Part shown: positions 1 through 13,560 of the stretch, piece by piece
Layout of the letters: every line of letters starts with the position of its first letter
Numbering within the stretch: the stretch's first letter is position 1
Source of the DNA: Prorocentrum cordatum
Taxonomy: Eukaryota
DNA: 64,000 bases
NCBI GenBank assembly: GCA_963575745.1
Contig: CAUYUJ010000184.1
Span: 1-64,000, forward strand
Direction: 5' to 3'
Notes under the pieces: model-generated
Seen by the model: the letters and a program-made list of their open reading frames with translations, nothing else
Database searches by the model: none
What the model was told of the DNA's origin: nothing
Translations under genes and position numbers: made by a program

Positions 1-38
1 GAGGAGGAGGAGGAGGAGGAGGAGGAGGAGGAGGAGGA

Positions 39-738
39 CAAGTGTAGACCCAGACTCATCAACTAGGTTGGAGTAAACCCTTCCTCCAAGCTCCCTCTTC
101 ATAGGCACCGACGTACAGGGATTCATGTTCACTGAGGGACTTGCCCCGTTGGGAGACAACCGTTGGAAGATCCTGTTGTGTGCCAGCACACAATTCTCAG
201 ACCTTCCACGCCACGACTCAACCTGAGTGTTGCGTCTTGACGATCCTGAAGCGTGCCAAAGTACCACTGCTGGGGCTTAACGCCGCGAATCAACGTGACT
301 GCTGCGTCCTGACAGTCCCGAATTATTCCGCAACGCCATTCCTAGCATGCCAACCATGGGAATCTGCGAAACTCTTGCAATTTGCTCAGACGGATGTGCG
401 CGGCGAAAAGGCGAGAGCCACATTTTGGAAATTAATCGCCTTCGATCCGTGAAAATCTTGCAACTTTTGAAATCGAATGTGCACGACGCCAAAGCGAGAG
501 CCACATTTTGGAAAATGACCCGCTTTCTATCTGTGACGCTCTTGCAAATTTGACGAGTGTGCGCGGCGCAGGCGACAGCCACATTTTGAATACCACCCGC
601 CCTCGATGTGTGAAGCTCTTGCAAATTTGAAGCCTCGATGTCACACATGTAAATTAACTCTCAAGCGAAACGCCCAGCCCGCCCTTCCGACCAGCCTCGG
701 GGTGCGACAGGCAGGAACTATTTATAAGGTAAAAGAAA
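39..738 (+). mobile_element. Non-coding dispersed element embedded in (GGA)n/(GA)n microsatellite, copy 1
   Basis: Both ends align to the reverse complement of 48191-48831 (e.g. TAAACCCTTCCTCCAAGCTCCCTCTTCA; GCGAAACGCCCAG...GCCTCGGGGTGCGACAGG...TATAAGGT). It has internal ~80-bp repeats (AGCCACATTTTG) and purine microsatellite on both flanks. Confidence 0.75.
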
Positions 739-934
739 GGAGAGAGAGAGAGAGAGAGAGAGAGGAGGAAGAGGAGGAGGAGGAGGAGGAGGAGGAGGAG
801 GAGGACGTTGCGGACGAGGAGGAAGAGGAGGAGGAGGAGGGCGAGGAGGAGGAGTGCGAGGAGGAGGGGGACACCCATAGCCGCAGAGCCGCCTCACAGG
901 CGGCCAGTACGGCCGAGTTCCAGAGTCAGCTCTG

Positions 935-2330
935 ATTATTTGGGATGGAGGCCGCAGAGCTCAGACCAAATTTCTTTCCACCGAGCGTTGCTGGCAGACC
1001 ACGGTTTCTCATCACGAACGGGATCCGACGCTCTGGATGCGGAGCCCGTTGGGCAAGGATCCCCTAGAACAATCAGGTGACCTCCAGACGTGTAAAAAAG
1101 CAGAGTTGGCAGACACAAGCGAAACTCCCGTCGCTGCAGTCGGCAACAATACAACTGTGGCCGGGGGGGGCGCTTCTCTGCTCGCGAGCTCTTGAGACAC
1201 TCGCTGCACCGTCAAAACTTGCCCACCCAACCCCACGAGTGCGGCGGCCCCGCATCCTTCGGAGCAGGGGGAGGGGGCACGAAACGCTGGACCCCGCTCG
1301 ACATCGGTGCGAGGCAAATTCTCCATCAAATGGGCCGCCAAGGTGGTGACGGCTTCTGCCTCCTTCAAGATATTGTTGGCAGCGTCGTATTATGCCTCGC
1401 AGGCCCTTGGGTTAAGCATCGTCCCTTCCTTCGCCACAACGTCTGCAGCACTGTTGCCGATGACGCGCAAACGCTCATTTACTGGCAGGGTTTCATCATC
1501 CTCTTGGCGGGCCCGAACTTTGGAAACGCCAGCAAGGCGACCTTGAGCAAAAGACAGAATCTGCATCGCCAGCCCTCTGAAGCGCGCGTGGATGCAGCCG
1601 CTCCCGAGGACCCCTTGAAGGCTCATTGACCACGGCCTTGCAATCTGAGTAAACGTACACGAGTCGGTGAGGAGCGTTGATGCATTGGCTGGGGCCGTGA
1701 ACTCGGCAGCCGCATTAGTCTGCGGATAGAAACTTCCCAGGAGGCCAGACATCCGAGCAAGCAGCGGTCCAGCCTCGCTGAGCCAAGCAACGCCCCAACC
1801 AGACCTCAAAAGTTTGTTGGCCGCAAACCTGAGGTGCGAGCCATCGCCGTAGAGCCTGCCAGCCAACTCCTTCACCCCTGGGGTCGGCGGACGGGGCTCT
1901 TCTGCGGCGAACGCTTCAGGATCGCACTCAAACTTAATCGCATCCTGGGCTTGCTCCTGCGTAAGAGGAGCAGGTCGGGCCTTTGCAGGGTGCTGAACGC
2001 GCCTCGAGGAACGCGGAAACTCACAAACAGGCGAGGGGTCTTCAAGCTCCAGTCCGATTCGGTCCAGCAGGGGAAGCCCTGCAAGGCCAGCTCGCTCCTC
2101 CTCGCAGCGCGGGCAGAACCAGAGATTGTGGAGAATCGCGTCGCCAAGTTGCCCATGGAGAAGACGCCTGTCTTCGTCTAAGCATCCGACGGGGACCGCC
2201 TTCCCGAGAGGCCACAAAGCCTGGCGCTTGACGGCTCGGACAGCACCTCGTTGCTTCACAGAGAGCCTCTTAGAAGACAGAGCCTTCATGACAACATTAA
2301 CTCCAGCGCGTTTCTCCATGCCGCGCGCAA
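935..2330 (-). pseudogene. 3' fragment of a non-LTR retrotransposon ORF (zf-RVT-like region + RNase H), frameshifted
   Basis: ORF 1390..2319(-) has ILHNLWFCPRC, LYGDGS...SGWGV, PQTNAAAE and VSKVRAR...IGNSAADVVAK. These motifs are collinear with the RNase H region of the 15544..20043 ORF. Confidence 0.8.
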
Positions 2331-2372
2331 TGCTGGTTTCAAGCTTCAGTGTTATATCATTTTCGAGGGGTG

Positions 2373-2425
2373 GGGCTCAAGTGGCTCGAGTGGCTCAAGG
2401 CCCATGTGGCTCAAGCGGCTCCAGG
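2373..2425 (+). repeat. Short tandem TGGCTCAAG-like units (possible dinoflagellate spliced-leader relics)
   Basis: GGCTCAAG-TGGCTCGAG-TGGCTCAAG-GCCCATGTGGCTCAAG. TGGCTCAAG is the 3' end of the dinoflagellate SL (CCGTAGCCATTTTGGCTCAAG). Confidence 0.4.
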
Positions 2426-2439
2426 CTTTGAAATATTGT

Positions 2440-3326
2440 AGTGGCCTTCGGCCAGTGCCGCCGATCCGGGTCGCTCGGATACACATATTGCGCGGACACC
2501 TCACGCGCGCACACGACCAAATGCACATACGGCAGGCACACATACAGAGACACACTAGGCGCACGCCAGGCACTAGCACGCACAGACATTCGCAGACACG
2601 CACCACACACAGACACTCGCACAGGAGCCTGTCAGGGCGTCGTGGGGGCTTCTTGGGGCTTTTGGGGGCCCTCTTGGGGGCTCTTGGGGCCTCCTGGGGG
2701 CCTCGTGGGCTGGAAGGCTAGATTTTTTTCCGCTTTTCGTCCCTCTTTTGGGTCCTCTTGGGGCCGTCTTGGGGGCCTCTTGGGCCGTCTTGGGCGGCTC
2801 TTGGGCCACCTTGGGGCCCTCTTGGGCCGTCTTGGGACTGTCTGGGGGCCTCCTGGGCCGTCTTCGAGCGGTCTTGGGGGCCTCTTAGGCCGTCTTGGAG
2901 CGTCGGAAAGCAGAAAAAAGCGACATCCCCAAAAACATGGGGGACAAAAAAAAGCAATGGAAATCAACGATTTTTGCCTCTGGGGGCCCTCGTGGGAGGT
3001 CTCTTGGAGGCCTCTTCAGACGTCTTGGAAGGCTCTTGGGCCTTCTTGGGGCCATCTTGGGCGTGTTCGGGCTATCTTTCGGGGTCTCGGGACTTTCTTA
3101 GACCGTCCTCAGACACTTTTGCGGCCGCGGCCACCCTTTTAGCGCATCTTCGAGATTAGAGCCTTATGTAAAAGCAGCCCCCCGCGACCGCCGGAAAACT
3201 CGTCCCCCCCCCCCACCCCCCCTTCCCCGGCAGAGCCACCCCAGCAACCCCCCCAGAGGCTGAGGCTCAGCCTCGAGGCTGTAGCTGAGACTAATTACTT
3301 GAAGCTCACACACCGGATCGGCGGAT
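2440..3326. mobile_element. Non-autonomous element with asymmetric inverted repeats (Helentron-like), CTTGGGGC-rich interior, copy A
   Basis: CCGCCGATCCGG (2458-2469) is the exact reverse complement of CCGGATCGGCGG (3313-3324). A small hairpin TGGCC-TTC-GGCCA lies outside the left IR, and the interior is similar to 47094-47820. Confidence 0.65.
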
Positions 3327-3439
3327 TTAGCCCGAGTGGCTCAAGGCCCAGGTCGCAAGCTTTCCGCGCAACCTGCGTCTCTCGCATCCCCCTCCTCGCT
3401 ACTGCAGCAGCAACAACAACAACTACGACTACGACTACG

Positions 3440-4280
3440 GCCTAAAAGCTTCCAAAGCGTCCCAGCACGCCTCCGACAGCACCCGCGGGAGGGGCCGAAG
3501 AGACACAAATCATTCATGTTGTAATGGTTTTTGAAAGATTTCAGCGTTGTCCCCATTTCGGTTTCCCGACGCTCCAAGATGGCCCCAAGGGCCCGAAAGA
3601 TGACCCGAACACGTGCCAAGAGCCCCCCAAGAGAGCGCCGAAACAGCCCAAGAGGGCCCAAAGACGGCCCAAGAGGCTTCAAAGACGGCCGAAAAGAGCA
3701 CCAAGAAAGCCCCAAGAGGGGGTCCCCAGAGGGGAACACGAGCCGAGTTTCGAGCCCTCGCCCACTTCAAGCCCCCAAGAGGCCCCCAGGAGTCTCCCAG
3801 AGACCCTCGGGGAGAGGCCCCCAGGAAGCCCCAAGAGGCCTTCAAGAGGCCCCCGAAAGGTCCCCAAGAGGCTCCGAAAAGGCCCAAAGAGGACACCACG
3901 AAGTACACTCCAGGCGATGCTTAAGAAAACCCACGTTTTCGGCCAGAGTCTCGATTATTCTTAATGTTTCAATGAAAATCCTAAAAGATTTGAATGGACA
4001 TTTTGGGTTTTTATTCCAGTTCTGAGACTATGAATTTCTTAACCCATGAATTCTTAAGCATGTCGCAAGGTGTACCCAAGAGGCCCCCGAGAGCTCTCCG
4101 AGAGGCCTCCGAAAGACTTCCACCACACATACCCCAACAGGTATCCAGCAGGCCACTGGCCCATCACCCAGGCATGGCGGCCTCAGGCTCATAACCCGAG
4201 TCCCCAAGACGGCTCAAGCGACATCCAAGACGCTGCGGAAATATCCACAAGTTCGGCGCGAGGGATTCCGCAGGCACAAC
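3440..4280 (-). repeat. CCCCAAG/GGCC degenerate minisatellite, inverted relative of the interior of 2440-3326
   Basis: GCCCCAAGAG units are the reverse complement of the CTCTTGGGGC units. It also shares the AT-rich internal segment in the opposite orientation. Confidence 0.6.
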
Positions 4281-4524
4281 TATGAACTGGGGCGTTCTGA
4301 GCTGGACACCGCGTGTCGTCACAGTCGTTCGCGCGGGCCCCATCATCACTGTTGTCATTACTATTGCCGCACGCCGTGGCTCCAGGGTCAAGCTGCCTGT
4401 TGCGAAGCATGCCCCGCACGTATCACAGACCAGAGCGCACATGTTTGAATTTCCCGGTTTGCACCAAACACGTGGCCCCAAGGTCGATGGTCGGCGGACG
4501 CTGTCCCATCATTGCCTCCGGATT

Positions 4525-4537
4525 CAGATGATGATGC

Positions 4538-4588
<51 letters not shown>

Positions 4589-5037
4589 CGATTCTGATGA
4601 AGATGAGGATGCAGATGATGATGGTAATGACTATGGTGATGGCCATCTTCATCATCATCGCGAAGACGACGGCGCGGATGAGCACGACGACGATCGGGAT
4701 GACGACGACGATGCAGATGGCAGTGGCAACGGTGATGATAATGGTTTTGATTGTGCTCAAGAAGGGGATGCTGATTGTGCTGATCATGATGACCATGGTG
4801 CTGATTACCATGGCCACGCTGCTGATGGTGATGGGGGTAACGACGCTGGTAATGTTGATGATGAGGGCTAATATAAGTATGACTCTGCTGTTGCGTTGGC
4901 GATGATGGTGATGATGGTGATGATGGCGATGCTGACGAAGACGGCGACGATGATGATGACGCTGCCGATGCCGACGATCACTGTGCAGAAGACGATGACG
5001 ACGATGGAGATGATGATGATGATTATTGTGATGATGG

Positions 5038-5093
<56 letters not shown>

Positions 5094-5325
5094 CCGACGG
5101 TGAGGATGACGCTGATGATGATGACGACGATTGTGATGGTGATCGAGATGATGACGACCCTGGAATTTCGATAAGGTTGACGGCGGTGGCGTTGATTACG
5201 ACGACGACGATGTCGATGATGACGATGATGATGGTTATGATGATTATGATGATGGTGGTGATGACGATGATGACTGTGACGGCGACGACGACGCCGATGA
5301 TCACGGTGGCGGCGACGACGCCGAC
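4525..5325. repeat. Degenerate (GAT)n/(GAC)n microsatellite
   Basis: Directly visible. Confidence 0.95.
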
Positions 5326-5609
5326 TTCTCGTGACAGATTCGTGTAGCTCCAAACGGCCAGGCTGGCGCCAACGCGAATAGCTCAAATGGCCAGAAAAAA
5401 ACCCAGAAGTGGCACAAGCTACCCAGCAGATGTGCCCAGAGATCCCTGGACAGCGCAAGTGACCAAGAGAGTCTCCGGAGGCAAAAAAACAGCAGGCTTC
5501 CGACAGATGTTGCAATCTGTTGTGGCCTACGGATTCTTCGGCTCGGGGAGGCTGCTGAGGTCGATGAGGGAAGGCGAGCGCAGGACGAGGAGTATTGGCT
5601 AAAGGAAGC

Positions 5610-6157
5610 GGAAGACGGTGGTACTGAAAAGAAAGAGAGGACAACAGACGGGAGGACTTTGGGGACGAGGACGAGAAGAACGAACAGGGATTTTCGAAGA
5701 GACAGCGTCGAACAGAAGGGTGAGGAGGTGGAGAAGGGGAGGTGGACAGGAGACATCGAACGGGGAATACAAGAGGATGAGGTGGACGACAAGGAGGACG
5801 AGAAGGGATCCGAAGTAGACGGATGAACACGATGATGGGGATGATCGAGATGACGATGATGTTGTTGTTGATGATGTTGATGTTGATGATGTTGATGATG
5901 ATTTTGTTGATGTTGATGCAGACGACGATGATGATGCTGGTGATGGTGATGATGATGCTGATGGTGCTGATGACGGTTGCGGTGGCAGTGACGATGAGGA
6001 TGGCCATGGCGATGGCGAGGGTGACGGTGCCATGGCGATGGCGAGGGTGACGGTGGTGTTGATGATGATTGTGATGGTGATGGTGACAATTGTGATTATG
6101 CGGACGATGATGATGAGGATGAGGATGAGGATGAGGATGAGGATGACGATGAGGATG

Positions 6158-6225
<68 letters not shown>

Positions 6226-6320
6226 GATGATGATGATGGCGATGACGACGACGAAGATGATGATGGCGTTGATTATGGTGAGGATGATGATGGGGGTGAT
6301 GACGACGATGATTGTGGTCC
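5610..6320. repeat. Degenerate (GAG)n grading into (GAT)n microsatellite
   Basis: Directly visible. Confidence 0.9.
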
Positions 6321-6355
6321 TAGCTAGAACCTAAGCGCGCGAAGCGCGCGCGTGG

Positions 6356-6421
<66 letters not shown>
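6356..6421. repeat. (TA)n microsatellite preceded by a GCGCGCG-AAG-CGCGCGC hairpin
   Basis: Directly visible. Confidence 0.9.
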
Positions 6422-6423
<2 letters not shown>

Positions 6424-6669
6424 TTGGGGAGCGCAACTTCCGCACCCGGCGAGCGCCCTTTCACCTCGCGCCCTCGGCGCGCCGTCGGACTGCAGCAGAC
6501 GGGGCGGAAGCGCATCGGCGTGGCCGCCGCCACCGCCCGCCGCCCGCCGCCCGCCGGCGCGGCCCCGCCCCGAGGGCGCGATCGGCGGCGTGGACGTGGG
6601 CGGCCGGGCGCGCGGCCCCGCCGCTCGCCACTTCCGTTTCTGCTCCTCGCCGTTCGGCCGCGTCCTCCG

Positions 6670-6860
6670 CGCGCCGCCACCGCCGCCGCTCTCGCCGCCG
6701 CCGCCGCCGCCGCTGCTTTCGGCGCCGCCGCCGCCGCCGACGCCGCCGCCGTTGCCGCCAACGCCGCCGCCGTCGCCGCCGTCGCCGCCGTCGCTGTCGC
6801 CGTCGCCGCCCCCACCGCCGTCGCCGCTACCGCCGTCGCCGCCGCCGCCGCCGGCGGCGT
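6670..6860. repeat. (GCC)n microsatellite
   Basis: Directly visible. Confidence 0.9.
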
Positions 6861-7729
6861 TGACAGGGGGACACCGCGGGAAGAGACGAGGAGCCGGCCG
6901 AGATGATCCTCGCTATTGGGGAGTTGCGATCTTTCAATGTTGAACGATCGCCCGCGGTGTCAGAAACCAGGGTTCAAATCGTCACGACAAAGCCCTGCCG
7001 TGGACACGCTGCAGCAAGCGCAAACAGGTTGGTTCGGATCGGCCGCAGGTAGAACCCCTGGCTGCCGTCGGCCGTCGGCCGACTACTGTCTCTCCTCCTT
7101 CTCCTCATGCTCCTCCTCCTCCTCCTCGCTTGTTCTCCTCCTGCCCCTCCGAAGTCCTCCGTGCGCCCTCCCTCCTCCCTCCTCGTTCGCCTCTCCCGGT
7201 TCAAGCAGCCCCGATGGCCAGGGCAGGGTGGATCGGCTGCTGGCCGCAGCGCGGCCGCGGCTCGCGGCGGGCGGCCGACCTGTTGCCCGCCGCGCTGGCC
7301 GCTGCCGCCTGCGTCTCTTCAGCCTGCCGCGGCCGACGTCGAGTGTCGACGAGCTCGTCGATGCCCGCGGCGGCAGGCGAGGCGGCTTCGGCGGCTTCCA
7401 GCGTCGCGTCCGCGTCGGCCCGGGCTTGGTCGCGAGGGCTGGAAGAGCGCTCGCTCCGGGTAGCCTTCGAGGTGCGGGAGATGTTCGACGCGGCGGCGTG
7501 GGGCGCGAACGAGCGGGACCTGCCCGCGCTGCGGAAGGGGTGCCGCGCGTCTCCTCGGGGAGCGAGCGACGGCTGCACCTTCGACGCAGCCTGCTCTTTG
7601 CAGAAAGCTCCCGGGGACGGTGTCGGCCACCACCCGCCAAGCCACCGCAAACCCAACCCGAAGGCCTCCATTTGCCCTCCATCCCTAAGGGCTTGTCGAC
7701 TTTTCGCCAATCGACTTGTGAGAATCGAG

Positions 7730-7815
7730 CCAGATAAACCCAGGTAAATGCGGATAAATCGAGGTAAATCCAGGTAAATCTAGATAAATCTGGGTAAATC
7801 CAGGTAAATCCAGAG
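7730..7815. repeat. 10-bp tandem repeat (GGTAAATCCA-like)
   Basis: About 8 degenerate units. Confidence 0.8.
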
Positions 7816-8699
7816 ATCTCCAGGGAAAGTTCGAGCACTTCGCGGCCGCTCCAGCGCGAGTCGAAGGACGGCAGAAGTCGTTAAGCCTTTAACGACTCCA
7901 GTTCCAGTGGGGGGTGGTCGGGGAACGCGGGAAAGACGCCCGGAACCCGCACCCCCCCAACCCGACATTCGGTCAGATGCGGTTCTTCGGGTTGGGCTGG
8001 GGGGTGGTCTGGTGGGCAGCCCGTCGAGGGCCCATGGGGCCCACGCCGCCAGGAGCACCTCGGCTCCGGCAGGGGCGCGCCCACACCCGGCGAGCGGCGG
8101 AAGGGAGCAGGGGCGGCCGCGCGAGAAAAAGAAGGAGTTGGCAGGGCCTCTTCTGGGAACTCGTCCATGGCAATGTTTGCGCTGCTGTGGCCACTGCGTG
8201 GCCAGCATCGTGGGGGCTCTGGTCGGTCTGAATGTCGGCAGCCGCTCGCAAGCAGGCCGCTTCACAAGAAATTCTGCCGCCTCCCGCGTAGGGCCGCACG
8301 CGGGCGCCTGCTTCCGTCTGGCTGGCCCGGGCTCCCCGGGAGCTGCGTTGAGCTGCCCCCCTTTTCGGCGGCAGGCGAGGGGGAGAAGTCAGAAGGCGGC
8401 GGGGCCTCTCAGAGACCCTCGCGCCTTCGGAGAAGTTTTGCTGTGCCCCCGGGGCAGGCCCATCAAGCTTCTCAGAAGGCCGGGGGACTTCCGAGCCTTC
8501 CGAGAAGGCCTTCCCCGTCTCCCTTCCCCCACCTCGCTCGCCGCCGACTCCCGCGGACCTGGGGTGGGGAGCCGCTTGGCGGCCCTCCCTGGCTCCCGCC
8601 GTGGCCCCGGCTCGCCAGGTCGAGCACGTCCCCGCAGGCGGGGAAGGGGCTGAGACAGAGCGTGAGATCTCGAGGGTCTCGGCGAGCGCGCGCGCGCGG

Positions 8700-8978
8700 G
8701 GGAGGAAGGAGGAGGAGGAGGAGGAGGAGGGGGAGGAGGAGGAGAGGAGGAGGAGGAGGAGGAGGGGAGGAGGAGGAGGAGGAAGGAGGAGGGGGAGAGA
8801 GGAGGAGGAGGAGGAGGAGGAGGAGGAGGAGGAGGAGGAGGCGGGAGGAGGAGGAGGAGGAGGAGGAGGAGGAGGGGGGGGGGAGGAGGAGGAGGAGAGG
8901 AGGAGGAGGAGGAGGAGGAGGAGGAGGAGGAGGAGGAGGAGGAGGAGGAGGAGGAGGAGGAGGAGGAGGAGGAGGAGG
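8700..8978. repeat. (GGA)n microsatellite
   Basis: Directly visible. Confidence 0.95.
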
Positions 8979-9459
8979 CGCCGAAGAGGGCGCGTACGGG
9001 GAGCGGGGGGGGCGGCGCGCCGGGGGTGCGCGAAGGGGCCGCCGCACGGGGAGGGCGCGGGGAGCGCGCGGGGGGCGCGCGGGGGACGGGGGGAAGGGAG
9101 GGAGGGGGGGGTCGGTCGGATCGGGCATCGGGGCGGGTCCCGTGCCGTGATAGGGGGACTGGCTCACGCCAGGGGAGGGGGGAAGGGAGGGGGGCGGCTG
9201 CGCGGGGGAGGGGGGGCGCGCGGCGCGCGAAGAGGGAGCCCGCTGAGAGCGCGAGAGGGGCGCGCGGGGGCTCGGTCGATGCGGCTCCGTCGGCGTCGGT
9301 TGCGGTCGGCTCGGTCGGGCTCGGTCGGTTACCGTGCCGCTGCTGCGTCGCTGTGCCCCTCCAAGGTGGCCTGCGGCCTGTCGGTTTCGGTTTGCTTCTG
9401 TTCTGGTATCGGTTCGGTTTGTGTGTTCGGTTGTGCTGTCGCCGTGGGCGGCCTGGGAA

Positions 9460-10100
9460 TGCAACTTCTGGAGATCAGGTCTTACTCAGCGAGCAGCAAG
9501 CGGTCTGCAACTCAGGAGAATTTGCCGCGTGTCGGCTACGCGTCTGATATGATGACACGAGCTCGAAGCGGAAAGCCAGGCACCCTGGGTATAGCCAGAA
9601 ACATTCATAGGCGACCTCATTGCACGAGACAAAGCTTTTTGCTGACGAGAGTCTCAGTGGGTGAAGTCAGGGATTTTGCGCGGAGCATTAGGCTTGACGA
9701 GTCGAACACGAGCAGGCCCATGTAAATTGGACCCGCGACTTTGCGATGTGACGAACTTTTGGCGGCGTGGGTTTCTCTATCATGTTGCGTGCGTATGCCG
9801 CGTTCGGGAAGGCGTGCGTGTTCGGAGAATGCGTCGGCGATGTGCTCGTTTTTGCGCAAGACGTGCATCCCGCTGCACGGAACGCCAACGCAGATCGGCC
9901 GTCAGCCAGGAGATGCAGCCATGGTGCAGAGGGAGTGCTTGCCCTCAGCTGTGTTTGCGCCTGTGAGTCTCGAGCAGTGCACTGCCAGATTTGCACAGCC
10001 TGTGCATGCAGGTGGCTTCGCACTCACGTTTTGGGTCGCTCGTGGTCTCCGGCTCCTGCCCAGACCGCCTCCAGTTCGCTACCCTGGTCGTTGCTAGCGT
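9460..10100 (+). pseudogene. Possible highly decayed 3' end of a non-LTR retrotransposon ORF
   Basis: Complex, non-repetitive sequence with a frameshifted AAWVS.../ACVFGECVGDVL segment reminiscent of the Cys-containing post-RT domain. It contains many stops. Confidence 0.3.
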
Positions 10101-10560
10101 CTTCGTGTCCTGGCTGTCCGCTCGGACTGTCATTACCTGGTCCTTAACTTCACGTGTGGACGCGTTCCTGGTCATTTTTGGCCCCTGGGTGCCCTTCTGG
10201 GATTCTCTGTTCATCCATCAACTGCCTCCCGGTCCAAGTTCACGCCTCCGGGCCCGCCACTTCATATTCACCGTGTGTGTATGTGTGTGTGTGTGTGCGT
10301 GTGTGTGTGTGTGTGTTTAAGTGTGCTTAAGGGCATTCCCTTCACGGCCCGCGGCTTCGACCATCGCTGCGGCGCAGCCCTACCCGTTCAAGTATACCTG
10401 GGCCCACCACTTCGTGGTCGCCATGGACCTTCTCAAGGATTACTTTCTATACGAGCTCTGACCCTGGCCACCCGCTGCGCACTACGCAGCCTGCACGTCC
10501 TCTCCGCCGGCACGCCCGTAAAGGCTTACACTCAGCGGCGAGCGAGGGGGGAAGTGAGAA

Positions 10561-10698
10561 GGAGAAGGCCTTCTCGGAAGGCTCGGGAGTCCCCCGGCCT
10601 TCTGAGAAGTTTTCTGGGCCTGCCCCGAAGGCAGAGCATTTCTCAGACGGCGCGAGGGCTTCTGGGAGGCCCCGCCGCCCCTTGAGAAGGCCCTCTCC
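10561..10698. mobile_element. Small MITE-like element (GAGAAGGCCTTCTC family)
   Basis: Imperfect inverted ends GAGAAGGCCTTCTC / GAGAAGGCCCTCTC. There is a reverse-complement relative at ~8385-8520 and fragments near 56690-57000. Confidence 0.45.
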
Positions 10699-11221
10699 TT
10701 TTCCTTCCCCCCCTCGCTGGCGATCCGAGCGGCTCTGTCCTTCCCTCTGCTCCGCTCCTGCCGTTTTTGTCGTGCCCCATTTTGCGCTCGGCGCGCCCTG
10801 CCTGTCGCCCGACCGCTTCTGGACCAGTGCCCCCGTTGGCTTTACAGAGTGCACGCTGGAGGCGACTGCCGCGCGTCGCTGCCCCGCGCCGCCACGTCTC
10901 GCGGCCACAGACAGACTCGCAGATTGGGCTGGGAACGCTGGCCGTTCAATTCGTCGCCACTTTGGACGTGTGGCGTCTTGTTTTGCCTCTCAGGGTTTTG
11001 TTGGGTGTCCCGCCTCTTTTCCTCCTCTTCCCCCCCTCCCCTCCTCCGTCCTCATCCCCTCTCTTTTCGTTTTTCGCGAGGACAGGCGAAGGAGGAGGAG
11101 GAGGAGGAGGAGAAAGGAGGAGGACGAGGACGAGGACGACGTGAAGGAGGACGATGCCGCCGCGTCGCATCGTCGTCGTCGTCGTCGTCGACCTCGTCCT
11201 CGTCCTCGTCGTCGTCGTCGG

Positions 11222-11258
<37 letters not shown>

Positions 11259-11592
11259 TTCGCCGCCACGCCGTCGTCGAGGATGCGTGCGCGTGCGAGG
11301 TGCGGGACGCGTCGCCGGCGGTCGGCAGGGTGCCCTCGGGGCGGGCCTACGAGGCGCGCCGCCCCTGTGGCCGCGCGGGGCGCTCTTCGGAGGGTCGAGC
11401 AGGAGCAGGATCGAGGAGGGAGGAGGAGGGAGGAGGGAGGAGGAGGAGGGAGGAGGAGGGAGGAGGGAGGGAGGAGCGAGGGAGGAGCGAGGAGCGAGGA
11501 CGAGGAGGAGGAGGAGGACGAGGAGGAGGTTCGAGGTTCGTGGATCGTTGATCGAGGAACGATGAAGTTCTGAGGTTCCCTGGTCGAGGATC

Positions 11593-11593
<1 letters not shown>

Positions 11594-11636
<43 letters not shown>

Positions 11637-11812
11637 GGATGATGATGAGGATGATGATGATGATGCTTATGAGGATGATGAGGATGATGTGGATAATGAT
11701 GATGATGATGGTGGTGGTGGTGGGGATGATGATGCTGCTGCTGATGATACTGATGATGATGATGATGATGATAATGATGATGATGGTAGCGATGATGATG
11801 CTCGTTATGATT

Positions 11813-11896
<84 letters not shown>

Positions 11897-12101
11897 GTGG
11901 TGGTGGTGGTGGTTGTGGTGGCGATGATACTGATGATGATGCTGCTGCTGATGATTCTGATGATGACGATGATGATGATGACGACGATGATCATGAGGAT
12001 GATGAGGATGATGAGGATGATGATGGTGGTGGTGGGGGGGATGATGATGACGATGACGACGATGATGATGATGATGCTGATGCTGATGCTGATGCTGATG
12101 C

Positions 12102-12139
<38 letters not shown>

Positions 12140-12405
12140 GTGGTGGTAGTGATGATGATGATTATGCTGGTGATGCTGATGATGATTATGATGATGATGA
12201 TGATGGTGGTGGTCGTGGCGATGATGATGCTGATGATGCTGCTGATGATGGTGATGATGATGAGGATCCTGATGATAAGGTGATGATGTTGATGACGATG
12301 ATGATGCTGATGATGATGATTCGGTGATGATGATGCTGATGATGATGATAGTAGTGATGATGCAGATGATGCTGCTGCTGCTGCTGCTGATGATGATGAT
12401 GATGC

Positions 12406-12457
<52 letters not shown>

Positions 12458-12530
12458 GGTGGTGGTGATGATGATAATGATGATGACGCTGATGATGACG
12501 ATGATGATGATGAGGAGGAGGAGGAGGATG
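11594..12530. repeat. (GAT)n microsatellite
   Basis: Directly visible. Confidence 0.95.
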
Positions 12531-12999
12531 GATGAATTCGCTCGGCACAGACACAACTTGCGGAGGTTCGCACGGATTTCTTGGATTTGTATTGGACCCC
12601 CTCTTCTTCCTCTTCTCCTCCCCGGTCGCGTGTCCTTACTCCTCCCTTCGGGCTCTTCGCTCATCTGTCCTCCGCCTTCTCCTCCCTGACCCCCTGCTCC
12701 CCAGTCTCCCCGCGCGGGGGAGACCCATAGAGACCCTGACGAGGCAGGGTGGCCTCCGAAAGCTCACAGAGCTGTCGTGAGAAGAGCATGTTAGTCAGCG
12801 TGGATCCCAAGCTATGCGGTGCCGGTGCTGGGATCTAGGTGGTGCACCCCATGTGGTGCAATCTATGTGGTGCAAAGTCACTTTGACTGTCTTGAAGCTG
12901 TCCTCTCCACTGCCCGTGCAAACATCCCACCCTCCCACCCGCAACTTGGTCGCAAGACCTTCTGAGATCATGACGGTGGGTACCAACTGGCACTTGGCA

Positions 13000-13140
13000 A
13001 CGACACCGACGCCGACGACGACAGCGATAACGATGACGACGACGACACCGCCGACATCGACGCCGCCGACAACGACTACGACGACACCGACGACGTCTCC
13101 AACGACTTCGACGACGACGACAACGACGACGACGACAACA

Positions 13141-13174
<34 letters not shown>

Positions 13175-13374
13175 TGACGACGACGACGATGACAACGCCG
13201 ACGACGACGACGCCGCCGCCGACGACGACGACGTCGACGCCGACGACGACGACGAAGACGACGAAGACGACGACGACGACGACGACGACGACGTCGCCAA
13301 CGCAGACGACGACGACGACGAGGGATGAGGGAGGACGACGACGGCGACGACGACAACGACGAGGGAGGAGGGAA

Positions 13375-13409
<35 letters not shown>

Positions 13410-13528
13410 CGAAATAGGAGGAACAACGACGAAACGCCGACGAAGACGACGAGGGAGGAAGGACGACCACGGCGACAGCGACGACGGAAACGACGACGAC
13501 GCCAAGACGACGACGAGGAAGGACAGAG

Positions 13529-13560
<32 letters not shown>

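Noticed and set aside
411..590. GCCACATTTTGG motifs (also in the 72/73-bp array) as spliced-leader relics
   Set aside because: They lack the CTCAAG end and have an extra CA, and are better explained as internal repeat units.
7215..7600. Possible host exon(s), also 27260-27415, 27780-27900 and 44470-44880
   Set aside because: They are GC-rich and open in several frames, but I recognise no domain and cannot support splice sites without transcripts.
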